Source: the human T2T-CHM13v2.0 reference genome, Homo sapiens. From it: a stretch of 64,000 bases of DNA. The stretch is taken from assembly GCF_009914755.1 (NCBI RefSeq), contig NC_060943.1; one strand, written 5' to 3'. The translations under genes were made by a program, and so were the position numbers. Shown piece by piece: positions 32,004-62,356 of this stretch; position 1 is the stretch's first letter; the number at the start of each line of letters is the position of its first letter. The notes under the pieces are model-generated. The model ran no database searches, was not told the origin of the DNA, and saw only the letters and a program-made list of their open reading frames with translations.

Positions 32004-32209
32004 TGAGCATGTATATGTGTGTGCTAAGCACTGGTTCCAGGGAGGGACCCTACTAACTCACTCACTCGCCACACGACCCTGGGAGTTAGTTACACTCATC
32101 CCCATTTTAGGGATAAAACAGTTGAGGCACGGGTCACATTGCTTTGCTCAAGAGTTTGAGTTGGGCGCTAGGATTTGACTCCAGGCAGTCTCGCCCCAGA
32201 ACTCATGTT

Positions 32210-32515
<306 letters not shown>

Positions 32516-33296
32516 AGAATTCACGTTCTTAACCATATTGCAAGACTCTATATCTCAGGTGGGACCTGTGAGATGCTGTGAAGCCCACCTAAGGTCACTG
32601 AGTGTGTGAGAGAGACAGCAAAGATCCCAGCCCCATCCCTCAGGGCCACAGCTGTGCCCTAACCACTGCGCAGCCCTTCCCTTTGGAACCTGGCTCTGAG
32701 CTCCAGCCCAGGCCCTACACCAAAGCCTTTGAATGAACTACAGTCCTGCCATGGCTGTTTGGCCTTGCCTGTGGAATAGGGGTCCTGTGGCTATGCTCCC
32801 CTGGATCCTGGGGACCCACCCCTTTATGAGACTTCAGTCACTCTGCCTGGAAGCCGTGACTGACAAAGATCACCTGCTTCCTGCTGCCTTAAAGGAGACA
32901 CTGGGCATCACATGACCTTTTCCATGTCCATCATGGGGTCATGTGGGCTGTGACATGGCAGAGTCAGATGGGTCCAAGCTGGCCCTGTGGTCAGACGTGG
33001 TGGACCCATCACCTCCCCTCGTGAGTCCGCATTGAGTGCAGATACTGAGGAACTGGGTGTGAAATGCCTCGGGTAGCATCTCTCATGTGGTTAGTGCTCA
33101 GTACGCCAGAGTCAGTTATTTTGACCCACGCCTGCTCATGAACTGTTTCACGCTGCCATTTTCTTCTTAGCCACCTCCTCACACCATTTTAAATGGACAG
33201 GTGTGTGTAGGGGCCCATCCTGGGCCAGCCAGCTGCTCTCCCTGCAACTTTGGACAAGTTATCGCACCTCTGCCCCATGCCGCAGTTTTCTCCTCT

Positions 33297-33877
33297 CTTT
33301 TTTTTTTCTGAAATTTTTTTTGTAGAGACTGGCTTTGTTGGCAAGGCTGGTCTCAAACTCTTGGCCTAAAGCAATCCTCCTGTCTTGGCCTCACATAGTG
33401 CTGGGATTGCAGGCGTGAGCCATGTGCCCAGTCTCCTCTCTAAAGTGGGAGGATACTAATACTCCCGTGATGGAAGTGATCAGGGAATTGAAGCTGTGTT
33501 TATTTGCATTGGAAGTGCTGGGGATGGGCCTGGCGGGTGTGAGTGCTGTCAGCGCGAACTTCCTCTCTGATCTGCCCATGCTGCTCTTTCTTTTTTCTTA
33601 TTAATAGATTGGTTTCTTTTTTATTTGAATACATTTGGCCTCATTTCTAAGCAATAGTATTTGTAAAATCTTAGTTTTGGTGTGCTCATTCCTTTTTTTT
33701 TTTTTTCTTGAGACAGAGTCACTCTGTCTCCCAGGCTGGAGTACAGTGGCACGATCTCGGCTCACTGCATCCTTCACTTCCCAGGCTCAACTACTTGAGA
33801 GTGCCTCAGCCTCCTGAGTACGTGGAACTACAGGAACCCACCACCACGCCCGGCTAATTTTTGTATTTTTAGTAGAA
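33297..33877 (-). mobile_element. FLAM (33297-33430) and partial Alu (33692-33877)
   Basis: Antisense Alu fragments. Confidence 0.8.
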
Positions 33878-34098
33878 GTGCATTTCTACGGCGCTTCTGT
33901 AAGCACTTGGGCGGATGTGACCTCCTCGGTCTCTGACTCTGGTGGTGACTCCTGCAAGGCCGGACCTGGTTCCAGACCCTGTAGGTGCCCAGCTGAAGGT
34001 GTGGTCTGATTGCTGTGTGGGGAGTGAAGGTTGCCAGCCTAGAAACTGGGCCTCAAGCTCACTCAGAGGCTCTTGGAACAAAGAAGAGGCACCATCTT

Positions 34099-34551
<453 letters not shown>

Positions 34552-34818
34552 CTAAGCGTTTGCAGTGCTAGGCCCGGGCCGGACTTTCTCCACAAACGAT
34601 TTAGTTCCGTTAGTTCACCCACCCTGTAAAACAGCTACGCTTCTCTTCCCCGTTTAAAGCTTGAGGAAGCTGAAATGTGGAGAGTTGAGAGTGGCTCCAG
34701 AGCTCCTGAGCCAGGGGCTAGGACTTGAACCCTGGCTTCAGCCGCCACAGAGGACAGCTTAGGGTGGGCCTGGCCTGGCTCCCTGCTTCACAGAGTCGAT
34801 GCGTTCGCTCCTGGATGA

Positions 34819-35590
<772 letters not shown>

Positions 35591-36349
35591 GGCATGCATG
35601 GGCTTGTCCATGGCTTGGGGTAGCTGCTGCAGTCCTGGGGGCTGCCTTCCCAGGCAGGGCAAGCTCCGGTCCCCACTAGAGCTCCAGGGTCACCAAGCAC
35701 ATGGGCCTTTGTCAGACAGCTCCCTTTCTGTCTGCAAGAGGGGCACCTGCCATCAGCTGATCCCCTGCAGCTCCTCCCAGGCCTCCACCCCCAAGGAGGA
35801 GGAAGTGCTCAGGCAGGGACCAGGCCTGACCTCTGGGGAGGCTGGCGGCTGGCCTCTGTCGGCTTCTTTCCTCCAGCACCGCAGTTCAGCAACCCACCGC
35901 CACCCAGCACAGTGGCCAGAGCGGAGTCCCAGGGTCTGATGTTAGACTCTGCTCTGGACCAGCCACCTGGTCCCAGGGAGACACCATACTTTACCCAGAC
36001 CTCAGCTTCTTCCCCTAGAAAATGGGGCAGTGCTTGATGAGACCAGGGGTCCAGAGCCCCTGGCCTAGCAGGGTGGCAGGAGGAGGAGTCCACACGGAGA
36101 TATTACTGGACTGGGAGCTCTCTCAGGGACTCCCACTGCGTCCAGCAGCAGCGGATTGGCAGCAGGGCGAGGGGCCCCCCCCCCAAGAAGCTGCCAGCAA
36201 GCCCTCTTCCTGGCCCCCTTCCCTGCCCATTGTGGCATCTCCATGCCCAATATCTGCTGGCCCGAAGATCTTTCTAACGGCCAGTCCTGACCTCTCCCTC
36301 TTCTGCTCCTAGCCTTTCCTTCCTGCTCCGCTGGTCACCCTGAGGTAAA

Positions 36350-36575
36350 ATCCAAGCTCTAATAGCCAAAAACTGGAAACAGTACAAATTCCTGTCAGCT
36401 GGTGAATGGGCAAACACAACGCAGCACATCCTATAATTACTCTTCAGCAGTATAAAGGGACTGAAACTCACGCTCATTATGCTCAGTAAGAGAAGCCAAC
36501 CGCAGAAGGCCACACAGTTTCAATTCCATTTTAATGAAATGTCCAGAAAAGGCAAATCTGTGTAGATAGAAAGCC
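36350..36575 (+). mobile_element. L1MC/ME 3' fragment
   Basis: aatagccaaaaactggaaaca..cattatgct..agaagcca..tgaaatgtccagaaaaggcaaatct. Confidence 0.75.
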
Positions 36576-36986
36576 CAGCCCTCCCTTCCGCATGGTGGCG
36601 GCTGTGGCCCTCCAGGGACCGGGGCTGCAGCTGTTGGGTTTGGGCTACGTCCCTTCATTCATGCTGGGAGCCACTGCCTGTTAGCCTGGGAACACCCGGG
36701 ACCAGGCCTGTCTCTTCCAACTGCTTCTGTGTCCTGCGTCAAGGGGCCGGGCCCTGAATAGCGTACGGCGATGTTTAGCTGTTGAGAGTGTTTTGGGAGT
36801 GGGGATCCTGAGAGGCACGTGGCATTGTAGTTGAGAGCTGAGTTCAAAGCCCGGCTCGCATATATACCAGGTGTGTGATCTTGGGCAAGGTTGTTTCTCT
36901 GAGCTTGGTTTCCTCATAGGGTTGAAGTGAGGATTCATTCTTTCACCCAAAAATACAAAAATACAAAAAAAAAAAAAACAAACCAA

Positions 36987-37268
36987 GGACCAAGTACAGT
37001 GGCTCATACCTGTAATCCCAGCACTTTGGGAGGCTGAGGCAGAAGGATTGCTGAAGCCCAGGAGTTCGAGACCAGCCTGGGCAACATAGTGACACCCCAT
37101 CTCCACCAGAAATAAAAATGATCTGGGCGTGACAGTGCAAGCGTTTGGTCTCTGCTGCTCGGGAGGATGCTTGAGCCTGGGAGGTCAAGGCTGCAGTGAG
37201 CCATGTTCTCACCACTTTACTTCAGCCTGAGCAACAGAGTGAGACCCTGTCTCAAAAACAAACAAAAC
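36987..37268 (+). mobile_element. Alu (AluJ-like)
   Basis: Degenerate dimer. Confidence 0.87.
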
Positions 37269-37644
37269 ACCGAGACAGTGTTGGAGACATGGTGGTGACC
37301 AAGACAGCCCCAGTCCTGTCCTCCTGGGCTCCCGGGCTAGTAGGGGAGGTGGCTGATGTGTAGAAAGATTGTGTGCTGTTCATTGTGTATTTGTGTGAAG
37401 GTGCTTGGAGCGGAGGTGAGGCGTGGAGGGCAGTGGTGACTTGGGGTGGGGGTGCCCAAGGGCACTTTACCTCGGGCAGTGGCCAGCGGGGGGCCTGAAA
37501 GGGAGGACAGAGCTCAGGCAGCCTGTTGTTGGGGGAGGGCTGAAGAGGGCAGTATGGGCAGAGGCCTTAGGGCGGGAGTGGGTGGAGCCCCATGAAGGAC
37601 TCGGGGTGTGGACAGTCACAGGCCTGGGTCCCCTGTGCCTGCAG

Positions 37645-45603
<7,959 letters not shown>

Positions 45604-46206
45604 CACTTTAGGTGAGGCCAGGCCCGGGGCCCACAGCACTCGGGAGGAGCTGAGAGAGCCTCTGGCTCTGACAGTCTCTCCCCCAATCTCTCCTCCCCAA
45701 GTTCCCTTTTTCCGGTCGGTCTGCGATGAGCTGAGGCCAGAGCCATGAGAATCTGCTCACCTTCCCCCCAGCCTTCCTGAGGCCCAGGATGCCAGGGGTG
45801 GGGGCCATTCTGGGGCCCCCCTCCCCCCACAGCAACACTACAAGGGGTGCAGGAGCTACAGGGAGTGGCCCTCCGCGCGTGACTCAAGCACTTCTATTTA
45901 TGAGCCCAGCACTGGAAGACTCTGGGGGTGAATGGGAGGAGGGGGAGCAGGAGGAGGAGGAGGTCTCCAAGGACATCAGGCGCCTGTTCTGGAGGGGCCA
46001 GGCTTGCCCTGCGGAGGGCAGGCGTCCTGGGTGGTGGTGGGATGGTCCCCTGTGGCCCCGGGCACAGGGCCGGGCAGGCAGCCTGGTGCCGGAGAGGCGG
46101 TGCGTGCTGGTGGTGGTTGAGATGCACAGAACAGCCCCAGACAGCGCAGGCCGGGCAGGGTGGGGGGATGGGAGCAGAGGATCAGAGCTTTCTTTTTCTC
46201 AAGTGC

Positions 46207-46212
46207 AATAAA
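46207..46212 (+). terminator. PPP1R37 proximal polyadenylation signal
   Basis: AATAAA. Confidence 0.65.
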
Positions 46213-46390
46213 TCTATCAGGGAGCTGGGGCGGGAGCAGCCGGCACTCCGGGACCCTGCTGTCCAGGCCACTGGAGGCTGCGCCCTGAGAGGCACTACAG
46301 CCCTTTGGGGGCGAGTGGCATGGGTGTGGGTGAGGGTGGGCAGAGGGCTGGGGCTACTCCTGTCGGTGCAACTCTGTTCACACCTTTTCT

Positions 46391-46396
46391 AATAAA
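46391..46396 (+). terminator. PPP1R37 distal polyadenylation signal
   Basis: AATAAA followed by GT-rich downstream sequence. Confidence 0.75.
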
Positions 46397-46674
46397 CTGG
46401 GGCTGGGTTCACTTTGCCCAACGTCTGCTTCGTGCGGATCCTGGAGGTGGTTGCTGGGGGTGGGCTGGGTGGAGGCCATCACAGCTCCTGGTTACAGAGC
46501 ATCTGCCAGGGCACTGGTCAGGCATTACTGCGTCTTCCCCCACAGTCCCGTCTATTCTGCATCCATGCTCTGGTGTCTCGTACGGTCACCTCCCAGCCAG
46601 GCGAGTTTACACCCATCCTTTCTGCAGGGAGAGACAGGCCCCAGATACCTCCTGGCTTCAGGTCTAGGGTCTCA

Positions 46675-47290
<616 letters not shown>

Positions 47291-47925
47291 TCACGAGAAC
47301 CACAGTCGCAGGCTGGAGCCCTGGTGTCATTCAGCTCCTGCACACACCAGGGAGTCCCCTGCCCCCAGCCACCCTGGCCTCTGGGAGGAACACCTTAGGA
47401 AGCCACTGCTGGTTTGCTGTTTGGTCCCTTGCAGCTGTAAGTGTCCTAACTGCTCCCCAGGTCAGCCACGGCTAGGACTCTTATTTGGGCGAGGGACTTA
47501 GGGAAGCTACACAGAACAGCCGCCAGCAGCCCGCAGCACTCTTCCCATCCCTGCACAGCCAGCTTGTCCCCAGCTCTGCTAATGTGCGATGTGGCCATGG
47601 GTGAAGGGAAGAAGGGGCCCCCTCCTGGCCACTGTGGATCCAGCCCGTCTTGGTGAGGGGCCGGGGCATGTGAGGTGTTTGCATCAAGGTACTGAGAGAC
47701 CTCTGTCCTTCGCCTGGTTTGGGTCAGCACAGTGCCCCAACGATCTTCAGAGGCCCTTGGTCGATATTAGCCGTTGCTCATGGTCTCAGCCTCTGTGGAG
47801 GCAGCTGTGTTGGGGTCTCACCCAGCCCGCTGGCCGTCTGCCTCCCCACCCCATGTGAGGTATGCTAGGGGAGGGACAGGGATCCTCTTCCCAGCCTGTC
47901 CCTTGATTTGCTTTCACTAAATTGA

Positions 47926-48680
<755 letters not shown>

Positions 48681-48897
48681 CAGCCGTTACCACAACACCC
48701 CAGCCTGCCGCGCTCCTGATTTTCTGAAGGGTCCCAGATCGAGGGCTGGAGGCTGAGAGGATCCCCCTTGCCATCTTGTCTTCCCCTTCCCTTCAGCCAC
48801 CCAAGTGTCACCCGAGCTTGTCACGTTTTGGTAGCCTTTGCTGAAGACGTAGGGGGTCTGTTTCATGCAAGATCTCAATGTCCTAACACAGGAGATG

Positions 48898-48903
48898 TTT
48901 ATT
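48898..48903 (-). terminator. NKPD1 distal poly(A) signal
   Basis: TTTATT on + (AATAAA on -), giving a 3'UTR of about 2.2 kb. Confidence 0.65.
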
Positions 48904-49229
48904 GTCACATGTGGATGTTCAGAGTGGCAGGCAGCTCTTCACCAAGTTATTCCTGGACCCAGGCCCCTTTGAAGCTCTTAGGGCTCTGTTGCTCCCCAGG
49001 GCCTCAAGGATCCCGGATCAAGTGGGCAGATGGGGGAAGGGAGTGGAGAAGGGAAACCTGCTCCCTGACTCATTGCTGGGAAAGGCGCACAGGTCAGCCG
49101 TGCTCCTTTTTTGTTCGTGACAACGGTCCCGTGGCTTTACACAGGTGCAAGTTCTCATAGCAGCTCCACGTGAAGATACAGTGACCAACAGTTTGGCCAC
49201 AGCTTGTACCACGTAACAGAGGCTGCGGC

Positions 49230-49437
49230 TTTTTTTTTTAATCAGTCGGAGTCTTGCTCTGTCGCCCAGGCTGGAGTGCAGTGGCACCATCTTGGCTCCA
49301 GCCACCACCTCCCGGGTTCAAGTGATCCTCCCACCTCAGCCTCCTGAGTAGCTGGGATTACAGGCATGCACCACCATGCCCAGCTAATCTTTTTGTATTT
49401 TTATTAGAGACAGGGCTTCACCATGTTGGCCAGGCTG
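49230..49437 (-). mobile_element. 5'-truncated Alu in the long NKPD1 3'UTR
   Basis: Right arm plus part of the left arm. Confidence 0.85.
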
Positions 49438-50828
49438 ATGCAGCTTCTTACTGAGGCATGGGGGGCTTCAGTCCTGCCCTCACCTCCAGCCAAGTCTACA
49501 CGTTAGCATCTCTCACAGCACCCCACTCCTGGTAACAGGAGTGAAAATTTATTTTCAGCTTGGATTCCAGGTGGTAAGAAACAAACCCAACTGAAACTGG
49601 CTTAAGGGAGGCTACAGGGATATATTGACCCCAACCACACATCTACAGAAACAGACTTAACGGTGTCACGAGGCCCCATCCTTCTCCCTCTGAGGCCAGC
49701 TCTCCCTGACTGCTGGGAAACAGCTCCCAGGAGGTCCAGGCGTATCCTACCAGCTTAGTCAGTCCAGGAATGGGAAACAGCACCTCTGCTTGCCCAGCCC
49801 CAGGGAAGATCATAGAGGGCTCCCACTGACCTGCATGCACCTGTGACAATTGCTGTGGCCAGAGAACTCCGGTGCTGCAGCCAGACCTGGATGCTATGCC
49901 CAGCCTTGGAACTAAAGAACTGTGAGGTCAGTGACCCAGTCCCATGGCCTGAGGGTGTGTGCCTTTGCAGAGCTCTCAGGTTCCTCGGGGGCTGTCCCCT
50001 CCACCAGCCTCAGGGCCCTGGCTCAGAAGCCACACCCTCAGCCTCATCCCAGGGTATGTTCAGTGTTGGCCCTTGTGGCCCCTGCCGGCACACACTTGGA
50101 ACTGGGCCAGGCACCCCAGGGCCTGAGCGTGTGGCTGAACATTTGACCAGTGAGGAATCAGGAACTGCCCAGAGGAGTGACACCCACCCCCAGCCCAGGG
50201 CTCTGCCCAGAGGGAAAGTGGGGGAGCCCTAGTGTAACCCCTCCTGGCTGGCTGTGGCTTGGGCCCTGTATGTCCCCATCTCTGCCCAACTTCCCTGTCC
50301 TCATCAGGGGGCTGATGCAGTGGCTTCAGTGTCAGTGACTAACCAGTGGCCCTGGAGTGACTCGTAAGGCAGGTACCCTGTGGACAGTTATTTGTCTGGG
50401 GGAGGTTAGTGCCACCCACTCCAGCTGGCTGAGGTGCCAGCGAGGTCTAACCCATTACGTTGAGAATGGAGCCACCCTAGGGGTGGAGCAGCTTGCTGAG
50501 GTCACCGAGGTCATCCTCAGAAATGCCAGCCCCTGCCCTACTCACAGAGGGGCAAGCTAGGGCATGGGGACAAGGACTGGGATTCCCTGAGGCCTGGGCG
50601 CTCCATGTTGCCTGAGTCAACCTGGCCCATCCACCTGTCATCTCTGCAGCCTCACCCACCACCCCCGCAGCCTCTCCTGCCACAGAGATGCCAGATGAGG
50701 AGGCCAGCATGGTGCAGAGGAGTAAGTGGGCTTAGCAGGATGGGGCAGGCCCTGTGGCAGGACGGGGCAGGCCTGGTCCCTGGTCAGATCAGGATGCGGA
50801 GAGCAACTCCGGGCTCTCAACACCTCCA

Positions 50829-50834
50829 TTTATT
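50829..50834 (-). terminator. NKPD1 proximal poly(A) signal
   Basis: TTTATT on + (AATAAA on -), about 235 nt after the stop. Confidence 0.6.
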
Positions 50835-51068
50835 GCATGTATACCCTGACTTCCTCACTGGTCCTTCTGTGCCTGCTCTCATGCTGGCACCGGCTTGTGG
50901 CCGCACTCCTTGGAAGCTATGTCCACGGCTCTGGCTCAGGTTCACCTGGGGGTGTGGGCCTCACAGGGCTCATTCGGACCCTGGGTTGCGGCCCCAGTCC
51001 AGCCCCCTATTCTCCCATCTGGGCAGATGGAGGAACCCTTGCCTCCTGCTGCCCGCCAAGTCCTCCAT

Positions 51069-59281
<8,213 letters not shown>

Positions 59282-60055
59282 GGCAGCCGGGCAGCTGGGT
59301 GCTGGGGGCCTGCTCCTGAGGCAGGAGGGAGCACACAGGCTTGGCGTAGCCTCTGGGGCACGAACAGCAGAGAGCTGAGGTCAGGGTCCCTGCCCTGCCC
59401 GACAGCTTGGACAGGGGAAAGGCCAAGTCCCAGATGCTGGGTTCCTAGGTCACTTGGGAGAAGGGGGTAGAGGTGGCCTTCAGGGTACAGTGAGGGGCAG
59501 GATAAGGAGGGATGGCCAGAGGAGGGAACGGAGAACCGCTGGGGTTGGCTAGGGGTTAATTTGAGGCTGGGTGTTGGGAAGCTCCTGGGAGTTTCCAAGA
59601 GGCTAGGACACTGGGGAGTGCTGAGCAGACATGGGCTGGGGAAATAGGGGGTCCGGTGTGGTGGCTGAGTGACCAAGGGGTCATTAAGGTGTGGGCGCTG
59701 TGGGAGGCTGGCACGCTTTGGAAGGACATGGAGCTAGTGAGGTGAGCTGGAGAGCAGATGAGAAGCAGGGTGAGTGAAAATCAGAGCTGGGTACCTGTGG
59801 GCATTGAATGATACGGTGGAGGGGGAATTGTGAGGGAGCAATGAAATCGCGGTGGTCCAATTTGGGGAGAGGCTCAGCAAACTCGGGCAAGATGGGTGTA
59901 CCGCGTTTCCAATGTGAAGAGCCGAAAGCAGGACAGGGAAGGATGCTGTGTGGGGGACAGGGATAGGGAAAGGCTGAGGGGCAGAGGAAACTGGGGTGCT
60001 GAGAGTTGGTAGCCTGCCCACCACTCCCCACCCCCAGTCCCAGTCCCACTCGTAC

Positions 60056-60115
60056 CTGACGGTGGCCTCACGGCCCCAGCTGCCTGCCCCACGAGCAGCT
60101 GCCACACCAGCCCGG
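60056..60115 (-). other. NKPD1: Probable NKPD1 non-coding first exon (TSS approximate)
   Basis: Strong donor CAG|gtacga at 60056/60055; GC box and GRHL-like motif immediately upstream. Confidence 0.6.
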
Positions 60116-60129
60116 ACTGTCAGCGCAGG

Positions 60130-60200
60130 CCCATCCAGATGGAGGCCTCAGCCCAGTGCCCGCCTGACCGGTTTGCCTGCCTGTCCCCGCCCCTTCCCCA
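60130..60200 (-). promoter_or_regulatory. NKPD1 proximal promoter motifs
   Basis: ACCGGTTT (GRHL/TFCP2-like) at 60167-60174; CCCCGCCCC (SP/KLF) at 60185-60193; E-box CAGATG at 60136-60141. Confidence 0.45.
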
Positions 60201-62081
60201 GCGCCTGCCTGTCCCAGTGCTCTCTGCTCTCGAGGACTGGGACTCCGACTGGACTCAGTCTTGTGTCCCCATCCCTGGTAAGGAACGGAGATGCATCCCG
60301 CAGCACTGCCTCAATCTCCTTAAGGCAGCCACAGGCCCAGGCACTTCTGCTGGTGTGGGGGGGACAGGGAGCTGGGATGCCAGCTCCTCCGTGGCCCAGG
60401 TATGTGACCTTGGGCAGGTGACTTCACTCTCCGAGCCATGGCTTCCTCATTGCTGAGTGGGCACCTGCCTCTCGTGGCTGTCGCGAGGGAGGCACTGGGT
60501 GGGAGTCCCCTCAGCTCAGGGCCTGGCGCACCTGACCCGGGGCTGTGCTGACCCATTTACCTGGCGCTGTTCTAAATGGATGTCCATAGGACAAGGGCAA
60601 CAGCACACACATCAAGGCTTGCTACACCATAGCCCCGTCTTCCTCTCCACCACCCAGGGGGCCAGGTGTGATGCCCGCTTCACAGATGAGGACACTGAGG
60701 CCCAGAGAAGTGAAGTCCTCGGCCCCAGGGCACACAGAGGCAGGGCGGGGATTTGGAAGCAGTCAGTGGTTGCTACTCCCAGGCTCGCCAAGGCTCTGTC
60801 TCCTGCCCTCGGGGCCAGCACTCAGTGACTGCCTCCCCACAGATGCCCTCTGAGGGGTGAGGGCCGGGGTAAGGCTGGGCAGGAGATGCCCTGAAGGCCC
60901 CTCGGCTCTCTGGGGCCCCGGCTCCCTGTGGCTGCTGGCGTAACGGGGTCAACAGTTGCTTCCCTGACAGACGGGGTGCTCCGATGGGGATGGGGGAGGC
61001 AGCCCCAGAACAGTGCCCAGGACAAGATAAAGGGAACCCACCCAGCCCTGAGTTCTGCCCAGGTGACCAAACACTGCTCCCTACGGCCAGAGCCAGGGCC
61101 CTTCCTGCGACCTGGGACCCCCTGTCTCCTCCCCCACCCTTCAAGCCGGTTGCTCTGGGAAGGTTCCTCCCTGGCCCACCAGGGAGGCGGGGCTGGCATC
61201 TGAGCGTGGGCATCTGCAGTGGGCCTCCGTGCCAACCCCCCACACCCCCGGCCCGATCATGAAGCGTGGCCCAATGTAAATGAGCCGTCTCCGCAGGACG
61301 AGATTGCCCCGGGCTGGGAGCACAGTGGCCAGGAGGCTGCTGGACACTAGGGGGAGCAGGCGTTTGGGGAGTGGGCCAGGCGGGCAGCACTGCAGAGGCA
61401 GACACAGGACACAGCTACACTCAGCCAGGTGGAATAGGAAGGGGTGACCCAGGCAGGGCCTGACGGGGTGACTGGACCCCACTCTACAGGGGAGGTTCTT
61501 TAGCAAGGGGCCCCTTTCTCATCCCATTTGGGGTTCACCCCCAGCCTTGGTGGGCAGCTCTGAGCCTGGGGCACTTACCCATGTCAGGCAGCGGGCGGCG
61601 AAGCCCAGGAGTCCCCAGATGCTACAGATGCGAGCGGGGTGGGAGGGGGCAGCATAAGGGCCACTCTGCCCAGGGACGGGCAGCAGGAGTGCGTAGGGGC
61701 CGCGTGTGTCCATGGGGGTGTCTGGCCTCCCCCTACCCCATGCATCCCCAGCCCTGGCAGCCCCAGCCCGACCTGGCCTACACTCCGGGCACTCCCAGCC
61801 CTGCTCCCCAGGAAGACGCTCCGTTCTGTGCACATCGCCGGGCAGAGGGCAGCCCCAGACTTGTTGACTTGGCAGAGGTGCCAGTAAGGCCGCCCATGCC
61901 GGAGGCCAGCATCCCTCTGCCAGGAGCACGGGGAGGGAGGGAGTGGAGGGGGACGTGGCAGGGGAGGGAAGGTCTGAGGGGCATGGGAGCCAGAGAGGGT
62001 ACCCACTCCCCTGCAGGACCTGTGACAGTCGGTCCACAGATCCTCCCCCACTGCTCTGAGTCAGATTCCACACACACAGCC

Positions 62082-62087
62082 TTTATT
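62082..62087 (-). terminator. TRAPPC6A poly(A) signal
   Basis: AATAAA on - strand, about 240 nt after the stop. Confidence 0.8.
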
Positions 62088-62324
62088 GAGCAGCTACTGG
62101 GCAGTGACGCTGCCGAGGCGGGAATCCCACCACAGTCCTGACCGCAGCTGGGACCCCTTTGCCTCCTCTGACACCCCCACCTCAATTTGATACCCACTTC
62201 CTGAGCAAATGTGACCCCTAGGGCCTGGGATTCCCAAGACCACCCCGAAATGCAGCGGCCCCACCGTCTCCTGAGGCCGGTGAGGCCAGGGGCAGCAGTG
62301 CGGCTCAGCAGGTGCGAGGCAGGC

Positions 62325-62356
62325 TTAGGATTTCGGAATCACCACCTGGAACTTAC
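62325..62356 (-). CDS. TRAPPC6A: TRAPPC6A last exon, coding part
   Basis: cttccag|GT AAG TTC CAG GTG GTG ATT CCG AAA TCC TAA. Confidence 0.92.

Larger units (their letters stand above)
45702..46416 (+). other. PPP1R37: PPP1R37 terminal non-coding (3'UTR) exon
   Basis: Donor 8 nt after the stop; pyrimidine-rich acceptor ...ctcctccccaag| at 45701; AATAAA at 46207 and 46391; 3' end approximate. Confidence 0.75.
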
